DNA from: an uncultured delta proteobacterium
GTDB lineage: Bacteria > Desulfobacterota > Binatia > UBA9968
Assembly (NCBI GenBank): GCA_963745035.1
Contig: CAVUVW010000019.1
Location: 32,001 to 96,000, forward strand
Length of the DNA: 64,000 nucleotides
Direction: 5' to 3'
Shown here: piece by piece, positions 41,795-52,482 of the stretch
Layout of the letters: each line of letters begins with the position of its first letter
How positions within the stretch are numbered: the first letter of the stretch is position 1
Program-made: the position numbers and the translations under genes
Notes under the pieces: generated by a model
Told to the model about the DNA's origin: nothing
Database searches by the model: none
What the model saw: the letters and a program-made list of their open reading frames with translations, nothing else

Positions 41795-42133
41795 TCATGC
41801 CATGCGCCGGCTGTTGTATTTACAATCGCGCCTGGTCGCCTTCCAGCGCATGAATCCCCGCCGCACGTAGTCCGGGTCGAGGTGAAGATGAGCGCAGACA
41901 TTTTCGAAGGAGAAAAACGACGAGCTGTCGGTTTCCAGGATCCAGTCCTCCGCTTGTTGAAATAGTTCCTTGCCGCGGCTGTCCTCGGCAAGCGCGTACT
42001 TCTGAAAATCTTCAACGGCGCTTTCCAGCACTGCGAGCATCAGTCGTTCTTCGCCGTCCCGGAGAGTACGCTTGAAAACATGTTCCGCAAGGCTGGTGTC
42101 GGTGGGTTCGAAAAAGCCCAACTTTGACTTCAT
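41795..42133 (-). CDS. Hypothetical small helical protein, paralog of 2078..2470
   Basis: AGGAGA RBS; EERLMLAVLESAVEDF...QAEDWILE...FSFENVCAHLHLDPDYVR. Confidence 0.75.
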   Translation of the reverse strand: MKSKLGFFEPTDTSLAEHVFKRTLRDGEERLMLAVLESAVEDFQKYALAEDSRGKELFQQAEDWILETDSSSFFSFENVCAHLHLDPDYVRRGFMRWKATRRDCKYNSRRMA

Positions 42134-42432
42134 GAAGATCGTCTCCTGAGTAAATGCGCGTCCAAGCTGGGCAGTGCCGACGCAAAGCCGAAGCCACCGC
42201 GAGTGAGGCGAAACAACGGCGGTCGCGGGACGCAGCGTGGAAGGAAAGTGACAACTATGAAGGGTGTGAATGCCCGTTGGGGGCTGCGGCGATTACCCGC
42301 CGGGCTGCCCGTAATTCGCACCGTGTCCGCTGTGTAATCTTTGCTGACAGGCCGATGTGTTCATGTCGGAAACAGATTGATTTCTGATTGGTAAGATTGG
42401 CAATCCTGCGATTCCGTGTTTATAATTTCGCA

Positions 42433-42651
42433 GTGGCGAACCTCTACTACAACGACCGGCTCATCATCGCCTTCGCGTCGCTCAATCCGAGCGACAAGCA
42501 GTGGACGGCTGGGGCGGAGATCACATGGAAGCGTGACGGCGAGCGGCAGTCCCATACCATCAGCGGGCTGACAGATCGCTTCAAGACCAGTGAAGATGCC
42601 GAGAGGTTTGTCATCCATCTCGCTAAAAGCTGGATCGACGCAAATCCCTAG
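42433..42651 (+). CDS. Hypothetical small protein
   Basis: GTG-start ORF with coding-like codon use ending AKSWIDANP; no family recognised. Confidence 0.55.
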   Translation: MANLYYNDRLIIAFASLNPSDKQWTAGAEITWKRDGERQSHTISGLTDRFKTSEDAERFVIHLAKSWIDANP

Positions 42652-42772
42652 CACCGTAGCGACAGGTCGCGGCCGGCCTTGAAATTTCGCCCCTGCCCCG
42701 ATTATGTTCTGTGATCAGTCGCCGAGAAGTAAAAACCTCAACGAGGAGCGAGTCGCGCGGAGAATATTTGCC

Positions 42773-44119
42773 ATGAGCTATAACGCTTGGTTTCAGTGCA
42801 TCAACGGCTGCCCTGGGCAATACAGCCTACTGGAAATCATTTACCGCTGTCCGACCTGCGGCGACTTGTTGGAAGTCAGTCACGACATGAGCGCGCTCAG
42901 AACGCGCGCGGCGGCGGGCTGGATCAAGCTGTTCGACGAGCGGGTCGGGCAGAACGTCTATCCCTACGGCTCCGGCGTGTGGGCGAAGAAGGAGTGGGTC
43001 GTTCCGTTTATCGACAACGAAAACATCGTCTCCACCTGCGAGGGGAACACCAATCTTTTCTGGGCCAACCGCTATGGCAAGCAGCTTCACGTCGAGGACC
43101 TCTGGGTCAAGCAATGCGGCAACTCCCACACGGGCTCGTTCAAGGATCTCGGCATGACCGTGCTGGTCTCGGTGGTCAAGCAGATGATCGCCAACGGCGA
43201 GCCCATCGATGCCGTGGCCTGCGCCTCCACCGGCGACACCTCGGCGGCGCTGGCGGCGTACGGCGCGGCGGCGGGCATCCCGACGGTGGTCTTCCTGCCG
43301 CGCGACAAAGTCTCGCCGGCGCAGCTCGTCCAGCCGTTGGCCAACGGCGCGCTGGTTTTGTCGCTCGACACCGACTTCGACGGCTGCATGGCGGCAGTGC
43401 AGGAAGTCACCAGGCACAAGCACATCTATCTCGCGAACTCGATGAACAGTTTGCGCATCGAAGGGCAGAAAACCATTTCGCTCGAGATCGTTCAGCAGTT
43501 CGATTGGGAGGTCCCCGACTGGGTGATTTTGCCGGGCGGCAATCTCGGCAACGTGAGCGCCTTCGGTAAGGGCTTTCTGATGATGCACGAGCTCGGTTTG
43601 ATCTCGAAGCTGCCGCGCATCTGTGTCGCGCAGGCGGAAAACGCCAACCCGCTCTATCTCTCCTACCTGACCCACTTCGAACGCTTCGAGCCGGTCACAG
43701 CGCGCAAAACTCTGGCCAGCGCGATTCAGATCGGCAACCCGGTGAGCATCCGCAAAGCCATCGCGACGCTGCAGCGTTTTGACGGAGTGGTCGAGCAGGC
43801 TTCCGAGCAGGAACTCGCCGAGGAAGTGGCGCGCGCGGACCGCACCGGCATGTTCAACTGCCCGCATACGGGAGTCGCACTGGCCGCGCTGCGCAAGCTG
43901 GTCGAACGCAAGGTGGTGCACGGGCACGAACGAGTCGTCGTCATCTCGACGGCCCATGGGCTCAAGTTCGCCGATCAGAAAATCGCCTACCACGCGGGCA
44001 CGCTCGAAGGCATCCAGGGAACCCAATGCAATCGCCCCGTCGAGGTGAGCGCCAATCCCAAACAGATCAGCGATGCGATCTCGCACTATGTCGAGCGCAT
44101 GCGCTTGCTGGAGAACTGA
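42773..44119 (+). CDS. thrC: Threonine synthase (plant-like type)
   Basis: [14 protein letters not shown] lysine motif, [25 protein letters not shown]. Confidence 0.95.
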   Translation: MSYNAWFQCINGCPGQYSLLEIIYRCPTCGDLLEVSHDMSALRTRAAAGWIKLFDERVGQNVYPYGSGVWAKKEWVVPFIDNENIVSTCEGNTNLFWANRYGKQLHVEDLWVKQCGNSHTGSFKDLGMTVLVSVVKQMIANGEPIDAVACASTGDTSAALAAYGAAAGIPTVVFLPRDKVSPAQLVQPLANGALVLSLDTDFDGCMAAVQEVTRHKHIYLANSMNSLRIEGQKTISLEIVQQFDWEVPDWVILPGGNLGNVSAFGKGFLMMHELGLISKLPRICVAQAENANPLYLSYLTHFERFEPVTARKTLASAIQIGNPVSIRKAIATLQRFDGVVEQASEQELAEEVARADRTGMFNCPHTGVALAALRKLVERKVVHGHERVVVISTAHGLKFADQKIAYHAGTLEGIQGTQCNRPVEVSANPKQISDAISHYVERMRLLEN

Positions 44120-45360
44120 TGGGCGCGCCGAATTCCAAGAGAGACGGCGCGCGCGAAGCGAAGATCTTCTCCGCGGGCGGCGACGGAAAAACGCTGGGCT
44201 TCAGCACCGTGGCGGTTCACGGCGGGGAGCCTCGCCCGAAGCTCGGCAATTCGCTCGCGACGCCGATCGTGCAAACCGCGACCTACACGTTCGCCGATAC
44301 CCGCGAGCTGCACGACCATTTCCAGCGCCGCATCGAGCGCGAGGAATACGGCCGCTACGGCAACCCGACCCAGCGCATCGCCGAGCAGAAGCTCGCCGCC
44401 CTCGAAGGCGCCGAGGACTGCCTGCTGTTTTCCAGTGGCATGGCGGCGGTGACGACGACGATGTACGCCGTGCTTTCGCACAATTCGCACGTGGTCGTGA
44501 CCGACGACTCGTACCGCCGCACGCGCCAGTTTCTGACCCAGGTTCTGCACCGCTACGGCATCGAAGTCTCGGTGGTTCCGGCCGGCGACTACCAAGCGAT
44601 CGAGGAGGCGATCCGCCCGACCACTCGTCTGCTGGTCAGCGAATCGCCGACCAATCCCTACAATCGCATCGTCGATCTCGAGCGCTTCGCCGCCATCGGG
44701 CGGCGGCACCGGGTCAAAACCCTCATCGACGCGACTTTCGCCACTCCGTATAACCAGCGTCCCCTCGAGTACGGCATCGATATCGTGCTCCACTCGGCGA
44801 CCAAATATCTGGCCGGCCATAACGATTTATTGGCCGGCGCGGTCCTGGGTTCGGCGGATCTGGTGGACGGTGTTCGCTCGCTGCAGCATGTGACGGGCGC
44901 GATCGTCGACCCGCTCGCGGCCTATCTGCTCGTGCGCGGCTTGAAGACATTCGCTCTGCGCGTGGCGCGACAGAACGCAAATGCCCAGGCGTTGGCGGAG
45001 TTTTTGGCGGGGCACCCGCGCGTCAAAGCCGTGCACTATGCGGGGTTGCCATGCCATCCCGAATACGAAGTGGCGCGCCGCCAGATGCGCGGCTTCGGCG
45101 GCGTGGTCTCCTTCGAGATCGACGGCGATCTGGAAGCGACCTCGCGCGTGGTCGACGGCTGCCGCATTCCACAGATCGCGCCGTCGCTGGGCGGCGTGGA
45201 AAGCCTGATCGAGCAGCCGGCGCTGATGAGTTTTTACGAATTGACCACTGAAGAACGATTGATGGTGGGCATCAAAGACAATCTGATCCGCTATTCCGTC
45301 GGCATCGAAGACGCCGACGACTTGATCGCCGATCTCGGCGCGGCTCTGGCCAAAGGGTAA
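44119..45360 (+). CDS. metB: Cystathionine gamma-synthase-like PLP enzyme
   Basis: YGRYGNPT, FSSGMAA, ESPTNP, HSATKYLAGHND, SLGGVESL; start overlaps the thrC stop codon. Confidence 0.85.
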   Translation: MGAPNSKRDGAREAKIFSAGGDGKTLGFSTVAVHGGEPRPKLGNSLATPIVQTATYTFADTRELHDHFQRRIEREEYGRYGNPTQRIAEQKLAALEGAEDCLLFSSGMAAVTTTMYAVLSHNSHVVVTDDSYRRTRQFLTQVLHRYGIEVSVVPAGDYQAIEEAIRPTTRLLVSESPTNPYNRIVDLERFAAIGRRHRVKTLIDATFATPYNQRPLEYGIDIVLHSATKYLAGHNDLLAGAVLGSADLVDGVRSLQHVTGAIVDPLAAYLLVRGLKTFALRVARQNANAQALAEFLAGHPRVKAVHYAGLPCHPEYEVARRQMRGFGGVVSFEIDGDLEATSRVVDGCRIPQIAPSLGGVESLIEQPALMSFYELTTEERLMVGIKDNLIRYSVGIEDADDLIADLGAALAKG

Positions 45361-45481
45361 AGTCTGTTCACCACGAAGCGTGCGAAGAGCACGAAGGTTC
45401 CGAAAACAATTATCTTTGCTTTGTGCCTTGGCCGGAGATTTCCGAGCTTATCTGCGGTTCACTGCGCCGGGTGGTGCGTGC

Positions 45482-46075
45482 TCAATCCTGGATAATTTCA
45501 TACGGAATATTTGTCGGACCGTCGATGCGCCGGACGGTGTTGTTCTCCCTGTTGTAGCTGCCCTGTAGGACTTTCCCAGCGACCCGCTCGGAACGCAGGA
45601 TGACGGCGACGGAGCGCGTCGGACCGCCCTGCTCGGCATGTACGTCGAAGGGCGGCACGAGGTCGACTTTTCCCGGCGTCCCTTCCGTTACGCTTTCCAG
45701 TTCGAGCTTTGCGTAGCCTTCTTTCGAGCCGTCGTCGACGCGGCGAAAGCGTTCGAGGCTCTCCGTGCCGTCGAGAATTCCGTACGCGGTCCAGGCGTGC
45801 GCATGATCGTGAATGCTGCCCTTGCGCCCCGGCTCGCGCACCACGCCGTTGACGGCGAAGCCGTAGTCCGGGTCTTCATGAAACAGCAGGTTCTTACGCC
45901 CTTCGGTCGATGGCCAGCTCTTCGATGCCTGGCGCAACGATTCGTCCTTCACCAATTCTTCGAGCAGCTTCTGGCCCTTTTTCATGCGCGCTTCCATGTC
46001 CGGCAGCTCGGCCCAGGCGGCGCGCAGGTCACGAATGAACTTCTCGAAAGCAGGGTGTTGTTTGCCGGTAGACAT
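45482..46075 (-). CDS. Cysteine-dioxygenase-like cupin protein
   Basis: SIHDHAHAW..YGIL.G.E and a distal DVHAE. Confidence 0.7.
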   Translation of the reverse strand: MSTGKQHPAFEKFIRDLRAAWAELPDMEARMKKGQKLLEELVKDESLRQASKSWPSTEGRKNLLFHEDPDYGFAVNGVVREPGRKGSIHDHAHAWTAYGILDGTESLERFRRVDDGSKEGYAKLELESVTEGTPGKVDLVPPFDVHAEQGGPTRSVAVILRSERVAGKVLQGSYNRENNTVRRIDGPTNIPYEIIQD

Positions 46076-46100
46076 GGATCCTCCGTTTTTTGCCGATTTG

Positions 46101-47069
46101 CTATTGTTGTGCCTCGCGGCGTATTTCCTCGAGCAGCCGGAAGTCGACGATCTTGGTCAATGAAACGTCGCCCATGCTCTTTTCGGAGCCGTGAGTCTGT
46201 TGCATGTGAAACCTCAAGCCCGGTTCGCTGGCGGTGCCGTCGCGGCTGAAGGACTTGGCGAGAGCCGCGTAGGACTCGCGCGCGACGGCGTTGTCGACCT
46301 TCCATTCGCGCTCGATGATTCGGATGGAATCGTCCGCCCGCTCACGCGCGAACATCAGACCGCGATAGAGCGCACGCAGGGTTCGCTTTGAGATCTCTCG
46401 TTTTTCGGCCAGTTGGCGCTCCGAGGTTGCATAGCCGTTGCTGGGAAACTCCACCGCGTCGCCCAGGAAGAGCAGCTCGCGAAACCCCTTCTGTTTGAGC
46501 AGCACATTGTCCGGCGGCACGGCAATGGTGGCATCGATGGAACCGGCGCTCAGAGCCGCGACCCGGGTGGCGGGAAAGCCGATCATGATCGGCACAGCGT
46601 CTTTTTGCAGATCGAGTCCTTCGCGTTGGAGCGCAATGCGGCTGGCGAGCTCGATGGTGTCGCCGAAGCGCGCCATGCCGATGTACTTGCCGCGCAGCTC
46701 GCGGACGGACTTGATTTGCGGCTTGGCCATCAGGAAATAATTTGGCCGCATGGCGCCGAAGAAAACGCTTTTTAACGGCGCGCCCCGGGCGGCGAGCCGC
46801 AGAGCGGAGTCGGCGACGCCGTGAAACTCGACGTCGCCGGACAAAAGCGCGTTGTGCGCAAGCTGCGGCAGCATCATCGGTATTTCGATATCGATGGCTT
46901 CGTCCTTGAAAAATCCGCGATGGAGCGCGACGAACAAAGGCAGGTAGCCCATGGACTTCGCCGGAAGGGCGAGACGGACCCGATCCTCCGGCCAAAGCGG
47001 CGCCGGCGGCGATGCCTGCGCGCAGACAATCAGCAACAGAAGTACGGCGAAACGGCGACCGGGACGCAT
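46101..47069 (-). CDS. ABC substrate-binding protein, NMT1/SsuA-like
   Basis: Signal peptide, RGFFKDEAID, ELRGKYIG, VDFRLLEE. Confidence 0.88.
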   Translation of the reverse strand: MRPGRRFAVLLLLIVCAQASPPAPLWPEDRVRLALPAKSMGYLPLFVALHRGFFKDEAIDIEIPMMLPQLAHNALLSGDVEFHGVADSALRLAARGAPLKSVFFGAMRPNYFLMAKPQIKSVRELRGKYIGMARFGDTIELASRIALQREGLDLQKDAVPIMIGFPATRVAALSAGSIDATIAVPPDNVLLKQKGFRELLFLGDAVEFPSNGYATSERQLAEKREISKRTLRALYRGLMFARERADDSIRIIEREWKVDNAVARESYAALAKSFSRDGTASEPGLRFHMQQTHGSEKSMGDVSLTKIVDFRLLEEIRREAQQ

Positions 47070-47089
47070 GTTCGTGCGTAGCGCAGCGA

Positions 47090-47527
47090 TTACGATTCGG
47101 CGCGCGCTTTGATTTTCTTTTCCTCAGGTGCCGTGATTTTATCGAGGTTCCTCTTGGCGAAGTCGCCGTGCCCGACTTCCTTGTCCTTGGCGCTGAAACG
47201 CGGATTGCCGGCAGGCTCAGCTCGCGCTCCGAGGAGAATCATGTATTCGTCGCCGGTGTTGTCGAGCTGATAAAGCTGTCCCGCGGGAATCGTGACGAGC
47301 ATGCCCGGGGTGAGCTTGCGCGCGGCGCCGTCGGGAAAGTGAAACGTGCATTCGCCCTGTACGCAGTAAAACTGCTGGTCGGCGGTGTGCTTGTGCATCG
47401 GCCCCTTGGTGCCGGGATAGTCGCCGTGCACCCAGGTGTGAAAATGGTCGGAGGTGAAAAGCACCTTCTTGCTGTGGCCGATGTCCAACTCCTCCATTTT
47501 GAGAATATCGATGAATTCAGCCGGCAT
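47090..47527 (-). CDS. Cupin domain protein
   Basis: PMHKHTADQQFYCVQGE, PGMLVTIPAG. Confidence 0.85.
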   Translation of the reverse strand: MPAEFIDILKMEELDIGHSKKVLFTSDHFHTWVHGDYPGTKGPMHKHTADQQFYCVQGECTFHFPDGAARKLTPGMLVTIPAGQLYQLDNTGDEYMILLGARAEPAGNPRFSAKDKEVGHGDFAKRNLDKITAPEEKKIKARAES

Positions 47528-47629
47528 AGGGTTGCCCTCCGTTGGTTAGGTTAGGTTGTTTGCAGTCTTGTAGATTGATCATGCGTTCAATCTACCTCAA
47601 CGAAGCACTGATTTTCCATCACTGATCGT

Positions 47630-49180
47630 TTACTGCTTTCCGCCTTGCGCCGCCGCGGCGCGCGTCGCTTGCATGGACACGCTGTCGCCGTGGATGCCGA
47701 CGATGGTGGCGACGTCGATGCCCAGCTTGTCGAGGCCGGCGACGAACTCTTTGACCAAGGGCGCCGGCCGGACTTGGCCGCCGCGCGGGCTGATATGGTC
47801 GGCCTCAATCAGCATTTTGTCCGCCGGCAGGTAGACAACGACGATATCCTCCGCGTGGGAAGTCGGCATCGGATGCACCTCGACCCGGCGGCTGCCGTCG
47901 GTCAAGACGCGCGGCGCGCCGCCGAAGGCTTCGAGCACCACCGTGCGCCTGTTGCGCTCCAGACTGTCCGGTTGGCGCGTGTGCGCGGCTCTGGCGACAC
48001 GGGTGTAAAAGTCCTTGGCGACAAACGGCACGACCAAGGTCGCGCCCTCCGCCATGAAGGCGCGAATGCCGCCGGAATGGTCGAGATGGTGATGGGTAGG
48101 TACCACGTAGCGAATCGGTTTTCCGGGAAAGCGCTCTTTGATCGATTTCACCACCGGCGCGGTGCGCGCCTCGTAGAGCGGGCCTTCGACGGCGATGAGA
48201 TGATCGCGCATCTCGATCACCACAGTAGCGTGAGAGCCGCCGGCGACTTTGTGCACGCCGTCGGCAAGCTTGAGCCATTCGATGTTCGCCGCCCGGCCGA
48301 AGTCCTGGTAACTCACGTTCCCCGCCATGCGCCGCAGGATCCATTGCGAGGGAACCGGCGCGGCGTCGGGCTTTTGATTGCGGATCGATTCGGGAATCGA
48401 GAACACTTCGGCAGACGCGGGTACATTGTGCCGAATGGATTTTAGCTGTTCTTCTTGGAATAGCCTCCCGTTGATCTCATAACGCAGGCTGTGCGGCATC
48501 ATGACGCCGTCTACTTTGCGCCAATCGCCGTAGCGCAGCAGATAGCTGGTATCGCCCTCGAGCGGATCACTGTCGAGGATGTCGGTTTGCGTGGGCAGGG
48601 AAGTTTTTGCGTCCAGATAAATACGGAACTCGTCGGCGTCGTCTTTGAAGTAGAGGACGCGATTCTTCACGCCGTCCACATCTGCATCGGGCAGCTGGCG
48701 AAGGGATTTCTGCGCTGCGGCGGTTCGGATCAGCTTTGGCGCGGAGCGCTTCTCGTCGCGCATGCGCGTTGCCAGGCGGCCGGGATGAAGGGGGCTTTGC
48801 TTGGACGCGGCACCGGTCCCTTCCTGAAGCAGGCCGGCGGTGCCGTCGATAATCTCGACGAAGCGGATCTCTTCATTGCGGGTCAGATGGCGGGCATCCC
48901 ATTCTAATTTCATGCGCGGCTGCACGAGATCGCGCGTCAAGGTATAGCGAAAGGATGAAATTTGCCCGCCGGGCTTGAATTGCAGAGGGAACGCCGTGTT
49001 GAACTGCTTGCCTTCGGCTTCGACCGCCTGACTTTTCAGAGCGCGCAAAGCGCCCATCCCTCCCATGGCTTTGGCAGCGTCATTGATCAACGTGTGAGCC
49101 GATTGAGCGCCGGCGATGCCAGGCGAGCAAAAGGGAAGCAATAACGCCAGAGCGAAAACGCGAACGATCATCGTGCTCAT
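47630..49180 (-). CDS. Secreted MBL-fold metallo-hydrolase with a long N-terminal domain
   Basis: Signal peptide, THHHLDHSGG, SHAED, EADH, GIHG; GGAGG RBS. Confidence 0.85.
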   Translation of the reverse strand: MSTMIVRVFALALLLPFCSPGIAGAQSAHTLINDAAKAMGGMGALRALKSQAVEAEGKQFNTAFPLQFKPGGQISSFRYTLTRDLVQPRMKLEWDARHLTRNEEIRFVEIIDGTAGLLQEGTGAASKQSPLHPGRLATRMRDEKRSAPKLIRTAAAQKSLRQLPDADVDGVKNRVLYFKDDADEFRIYLDAKTSLPTQTDILDSDPLEGDTSYLLRYGDWRKVDGVMMPHSLRYEINGRLFQEEQLKSIRHNVPASAEVFSIPESIRNQKPDAAPVPSQWILRRMAGNVSYQDFGRAANIEWLKLADGVHKVAGGSHATVVIEMRDHLIAVEGPLYEARTAPVVKSIKERFPGKPIRYVVPTHHHLDHSGGIRAFMAEGATLVVPFVAKDFYTRVARAAHTRQPDSLERNRRTVVLEAFGGAPRVLTDGSRRVEVHPMPTSHAEDIVVVYLPADKMLIEADHISPRGGQVRPAPLVKEFVAGLDKLGIDVATIVGIHGDSVSMQATRAAAAQGGKQ

Positions 49181-49280
49181 GGAAACCTCCCGAGGCGACG
49201 ACTTAGGCATGCAGCCAGACGGGAAATAGACCAAAAGGGCGCATCAATGCAACTAAAAAGAGTAGTGGTTTAGCCGGGAA

Positions 49281-49344
49281 AGATCTCTCACGTCGTTCGA
49301 GATGACAAGTCGCTTGTTTCGTTGTCATTTCGAGTACGATCGAG
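49281..49344. repeat. REP-like AGAT...CGAGATGACA / TGTCATTTCGA element, related half copy at 565-590
   Basis: Inverted TCGAGATGACA/TGTCATTTCGA arms; agatgttctcatagtcgaaatgaca at 565-590. Confidence 0.55.
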
Positions 49345-49381
49345 GCGCATTGAAATGAACCCTACCGGAGAAGAACCAGGC

Positions 49382-50462
49382 TCAGACCGCGCGATACGCG
49401 CTCGAGCGGCGTTCCAGCTCGGGAATGACTTCCCGGCAGATCAGATCGATCGCTTCATTCCAGTCGGGGCCGAGCGGCGAGGCGATATCGATGATATCGA
49501 AAGCGTGCGCTTTGGCCGCGCGCAGCATCTCGTCGATGCCGGCAATGCACTCGGCCGGCGTTCCCGCGATGACCGTGCCGACATCGGCGAGCAAATCGTC
49601 GGTTACCAAATCGATCATGTCATCGATGTGCTTTTTCTGGGCATGCGCCGCTAGTATGGCATCGGCGGTGCTCTCGGAGACGGGGAGCTTGAGCATGCGC
49701 TGCTTCAAGAGGTGTCCCTGGATGATCGCGGTTGCGCCCATGCGCTTGGCGCAGCGCTTTGCCGCTGCCCCGTCGCGTGAGACCGAGACATGCAAATGGA
49801 GAACTTTGATAAACCGGCGTCGCTCGGCGCGGGTGCTCCGCGCGGCTGCGAGATGGGCCATGGCGAGGTCGAGGGCGCCTTGCCGGACCAAGGCGGTGGG
49901 AAAGGAAAGATTGCTGACGATCAAGCCGTCGCCGACATCCCATGCCAGCTCGAGCATTTTTGGGACCCGCCGCGGCGACATAGATCTCCGGCGGCGTCGA
50001 CGGCGGCAGGCGCAGAAAGGCTTCCGCGGCTTCGTCGAGACGAAAAAAGTCCGCTAGCAGCGGGAACTCGCCAAGCGTGGTTCGCCGGCCGGCGAACATC
50101 TCGCGCAGAAACAAGATCGTCTCGCGGGTCATGCCGACCCGGTTGCGTTTGCGAATCATGTTGGACGACGGTGAGCCCGCGCCGATGCCCACGGTAATGC
50201 CGCGGTCGCCCGCAAGATGCGCCAGCGAAGCGAAGCTCGAGGCAAGATCGACGGGCGTGCGACTGAACGGGTGGATCACCGATGTGCCGACGTGCGCGCC
50301 GGTGCGCGCGATGATCGCCGCCAAGATGACGAAGACGTTCTCGTAGGTCAGGTGGTCGGGGACCCAAACTTTGTCGAAGGGGTATTGCGACAGCGCGCGC
50401 GCCGCATAGTCCGCCATCTGCGGCGCGATACAGGGCGGGTAAAGCTGAATGCCGAAACGCAT
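49382..50462 (-). pseudogene. LLM-class flavin-dependent oxidoreductase with one frameshift at an A5 run (49957-49961), possibly a sequencing indel
   Basis: VWVPDH, GTSV, GIGAG, IYVAAAGPK then MLELAWDVGDG in the adjacent frame. Confidence 0.8.
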
Positions 50463-50492
50463 GAATTCACCGACGCAACATCGCGCGGCCGA

Positions 50493-50999
50493 CTACTCCA
50501 TGGTGATCGGCGGCTTGAAGGTTTGCTTCTTGTTGGACAACGAAAAAAATCCAGTCCCCTGATCTATTTTCAGAACCTTGTAGTCGGTTGCGGCGTTGCC
50601 TTCCATGGTAAAGCGGTAGTTGAACTGCTCCTCGTCGTTTCGGCCCGTGACAAAAATATAGATCGCCTTTTCGTCGGCCATGGGCTCGTATTCCATCGCC
50701 GCGAGCTTTGTCGGATAGTTCCGCGCGTGCATGGCGGCGAGGGACTGCTTGAACTTGTCGCGCGGCACATGGCGCTTGCCGCCGTCGGCGAGCAACTCGT
50801 AGCCCCGATCGAGGTTCTTTTCCAAGATCGCCACGCGGCCGAATTCGAGGGCGCGCTTGGCGGCGCGGGTTTCGTCGTGCTTGACGGATTCGGCGCAAGC
50901 TGTCAGCGCCGCCGTCAACGCGAGCGCCAGCAGGTAAAGTCTGCCGCCGCGATGGAGCCGCGCCCGAGCGCGCGGCATGCGCTCCGCTCCGTGTTTCAT
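50493..50999 (-). CDS. Hypothetical lipoprotein
   Basis: LTAC lipobox after a hydrophobic stretch. Confidence 0.7.
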   Translation of the reverse strand: MKHGAERMPRARARLHRGGRLYLLALALTAALTACAESVKHDETRAAKRALEFGRVAILEKNLDRGYELLADGGKRHVPRDKFKQSLAAMHARNYPTKLAAMEYEPMADEKAIYIFVTGRNDEEQFNYRFTMEGNAATDYKVLKIDQGTGFFSLSNKKQTFKPPITME

Positions 51000-51209
51000 T
51001 TCATGTCATCGACTTTCTTTGAGATCGTGTCTTGCCCGCGCTCTGCTTCGCGCCTTGCCAAGTGTGTGACCACGCGTTGTCAACGATGAGCACTTTATTT
51101 ACACGGTCGGCCAAGGATTCTCAATCGACGCCAACTTTGTCTCTTAGCGATTCGGGCGGCGGCACGTCGCTTGCGTTTCTGCCCTTGCGCTTCAGCAAGG
51201 AGGTGAGCC

Positions 51210-52070
51210 GTGACCAAATTTAGCATTGCAATTCCCATCTGCTTCATTACCCTTTCCGGATGCGCGCTTTTCGACAACCCGGAAATGTCAACCGTGGCAG
51301 CTCCGGCATCGGTTCCGGTCGCGGAAGATCAAGGGACAATGAGCGCCGAAACGGTGCAGATCGCCGGAACACCCGACCCATCCACGGCGCCGCCGCGCAG
51401 CGCGACGACCGAGGACGTGCGCCGTTTGCAAATGCGCTTGCGCGACTTGGGTTTCGATGCCGGACCGGTCGACGGCGTAGCGGGAGTCAAAACCAAGAAG
51501 GCGTTCAGCCGGTTGCAGCATGGTTGCGCGAAGCTGGAACCGTTGAGCGAAAAGTTGCCGATCGCTGCAAGCCATGGCGCTGCGGGCGACAGAGTTCCCG
51601 GTCGGGAAGACGTCGTTAAAATTCAGAGACAACTCCGCGGCGCGGGCTTTGACCCCGGGCCCGTAGACGGCGTTTACGGCAGCAAAACAAAATCCGTCGT
51701 TGCGCAGCTTCCGGACGCTTGCCTCATGGCCAGAGAATTCAGCGGAACTCTGGAAGCTCCGCTGCGCATGGCGAAGCGCGAAAACTCCACCGCGCCATCG
51801 CCCGAAGGTGCCAAGCCGGCTGGCGGCGGGCAATTCACCGGGCTGCGCCATGAGGGCTCCGGCGATGTCGCCGCGGCTCAAACTGCGCAAGCGCGCGAAG
51901 ATGTTCGAATCCTCCAGTTGCGGCTGCGCGACGCGGGCTTTGATCCCGGCCCGTTCGATGGCGTGATGGGCGCGAAGACGAAGGCGGCGTTGGCGCAATA
52001 TGAGGCCAGCCAGCTTAACAAAAAGGTCAAAACCAGTTTGACGACCAAGAAAATAAGCGGACAATACTGA
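51210..52070 (+). CDS. Lipoprotein with three peptidoglycan-binding (PGBD) repeats
   Basis: LSGC lipobox; three copies of LQ.RLR..GFD.GP.DG..G.KTK; AAGGAGG RBS. Confidence 0.88.
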   Translation: MTKFSIAIPICFITLSGCALFDNPEMSTVAAPASVPVAEDQGTMSAETVQIAGTPDPSTAPPRSATTEDVRRLQMRLRDLGFDAGPVDGVAGVKTKKAFSRLQHGCAKLEPLSEKLPIAASHGAAGDRVPGREDVVKIQRQLRGAGFDPGPVDGVYGSKTKSVVAQLPDACLMAREFSGTLEAPLRMAKRENSTAPSPEGAKPAGGGQFTGLRHEGSGDVAAAQTAQAREDVRILQLRLRDAGFDPGPFDGVMGAKTKAALAQYEASQLNKKVKTSLTTKKISGQY

Positions 52071-52086
52071 GAAGAAGAGGGCGAAC

Positions 52087-52126
52087 AAAAAAGGCGGATT
52101 CAGGTTAACCTGAATCCGCCTTTTTT
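52087..52126. terminator. Bidirectional intrinsic terminator
   Basis: Perfect 40-bp palindrome AAAAAAGGCGGATTCAGGTTAACCTGAATCCGCCTTTTTT between convergent genes. Confidence 0.92.
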
Positions 52127-52143
52127 GCTTTAACCTTCAGCGG

Positions 52144-52482
52144 TTAATATTCGACCTGCTTGGCGCGTTGAATCTGCTGGTTGTTTCGATCGATGGTTCT
52201 TTGGTTTTGCTGAATCTGTTGCCCGTTAGTCTGATATTGCTCCTGACCCTGCATGTAATCGCCGACGAGCGCGCCGGCGCCAAGTCCGAGCGCTCCGCCG
52301 ATCGCCGCGCCGGCGCCGGGAGCGCCGACCGTGGCGCCGATGATCCCGCCGACGGCGGCGCCGCCAAGCGCGCCGATCCCGGCACCTTTCTCTCGGGTCG
52401 TCAACGACCCGCCCGAGCAACCTGCCAAGATCATCCCCGCCAATGCGAGCGCGGCCAGTTCGATGGATAATGCCTTCGGCAT
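52144..52482 (-). CDS. Glycine-zipper lipoprotein
   Basis: LAGC lipobox; GAGIGALGGAAVGGIIG...GAAIGGALG; AAGGAGG RBS. Confidence 0.85.
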   Translation of the reverse strand: MPKALSIELAALALAGMILAGCSGGSLTTREKGAGIGALGGAAVGGIIGATVGAPGAGAAIGGALGLGAGALVGDYMQGQEQYQTNGQQIQQNQRTIDRNNQQIQRAKQVEY

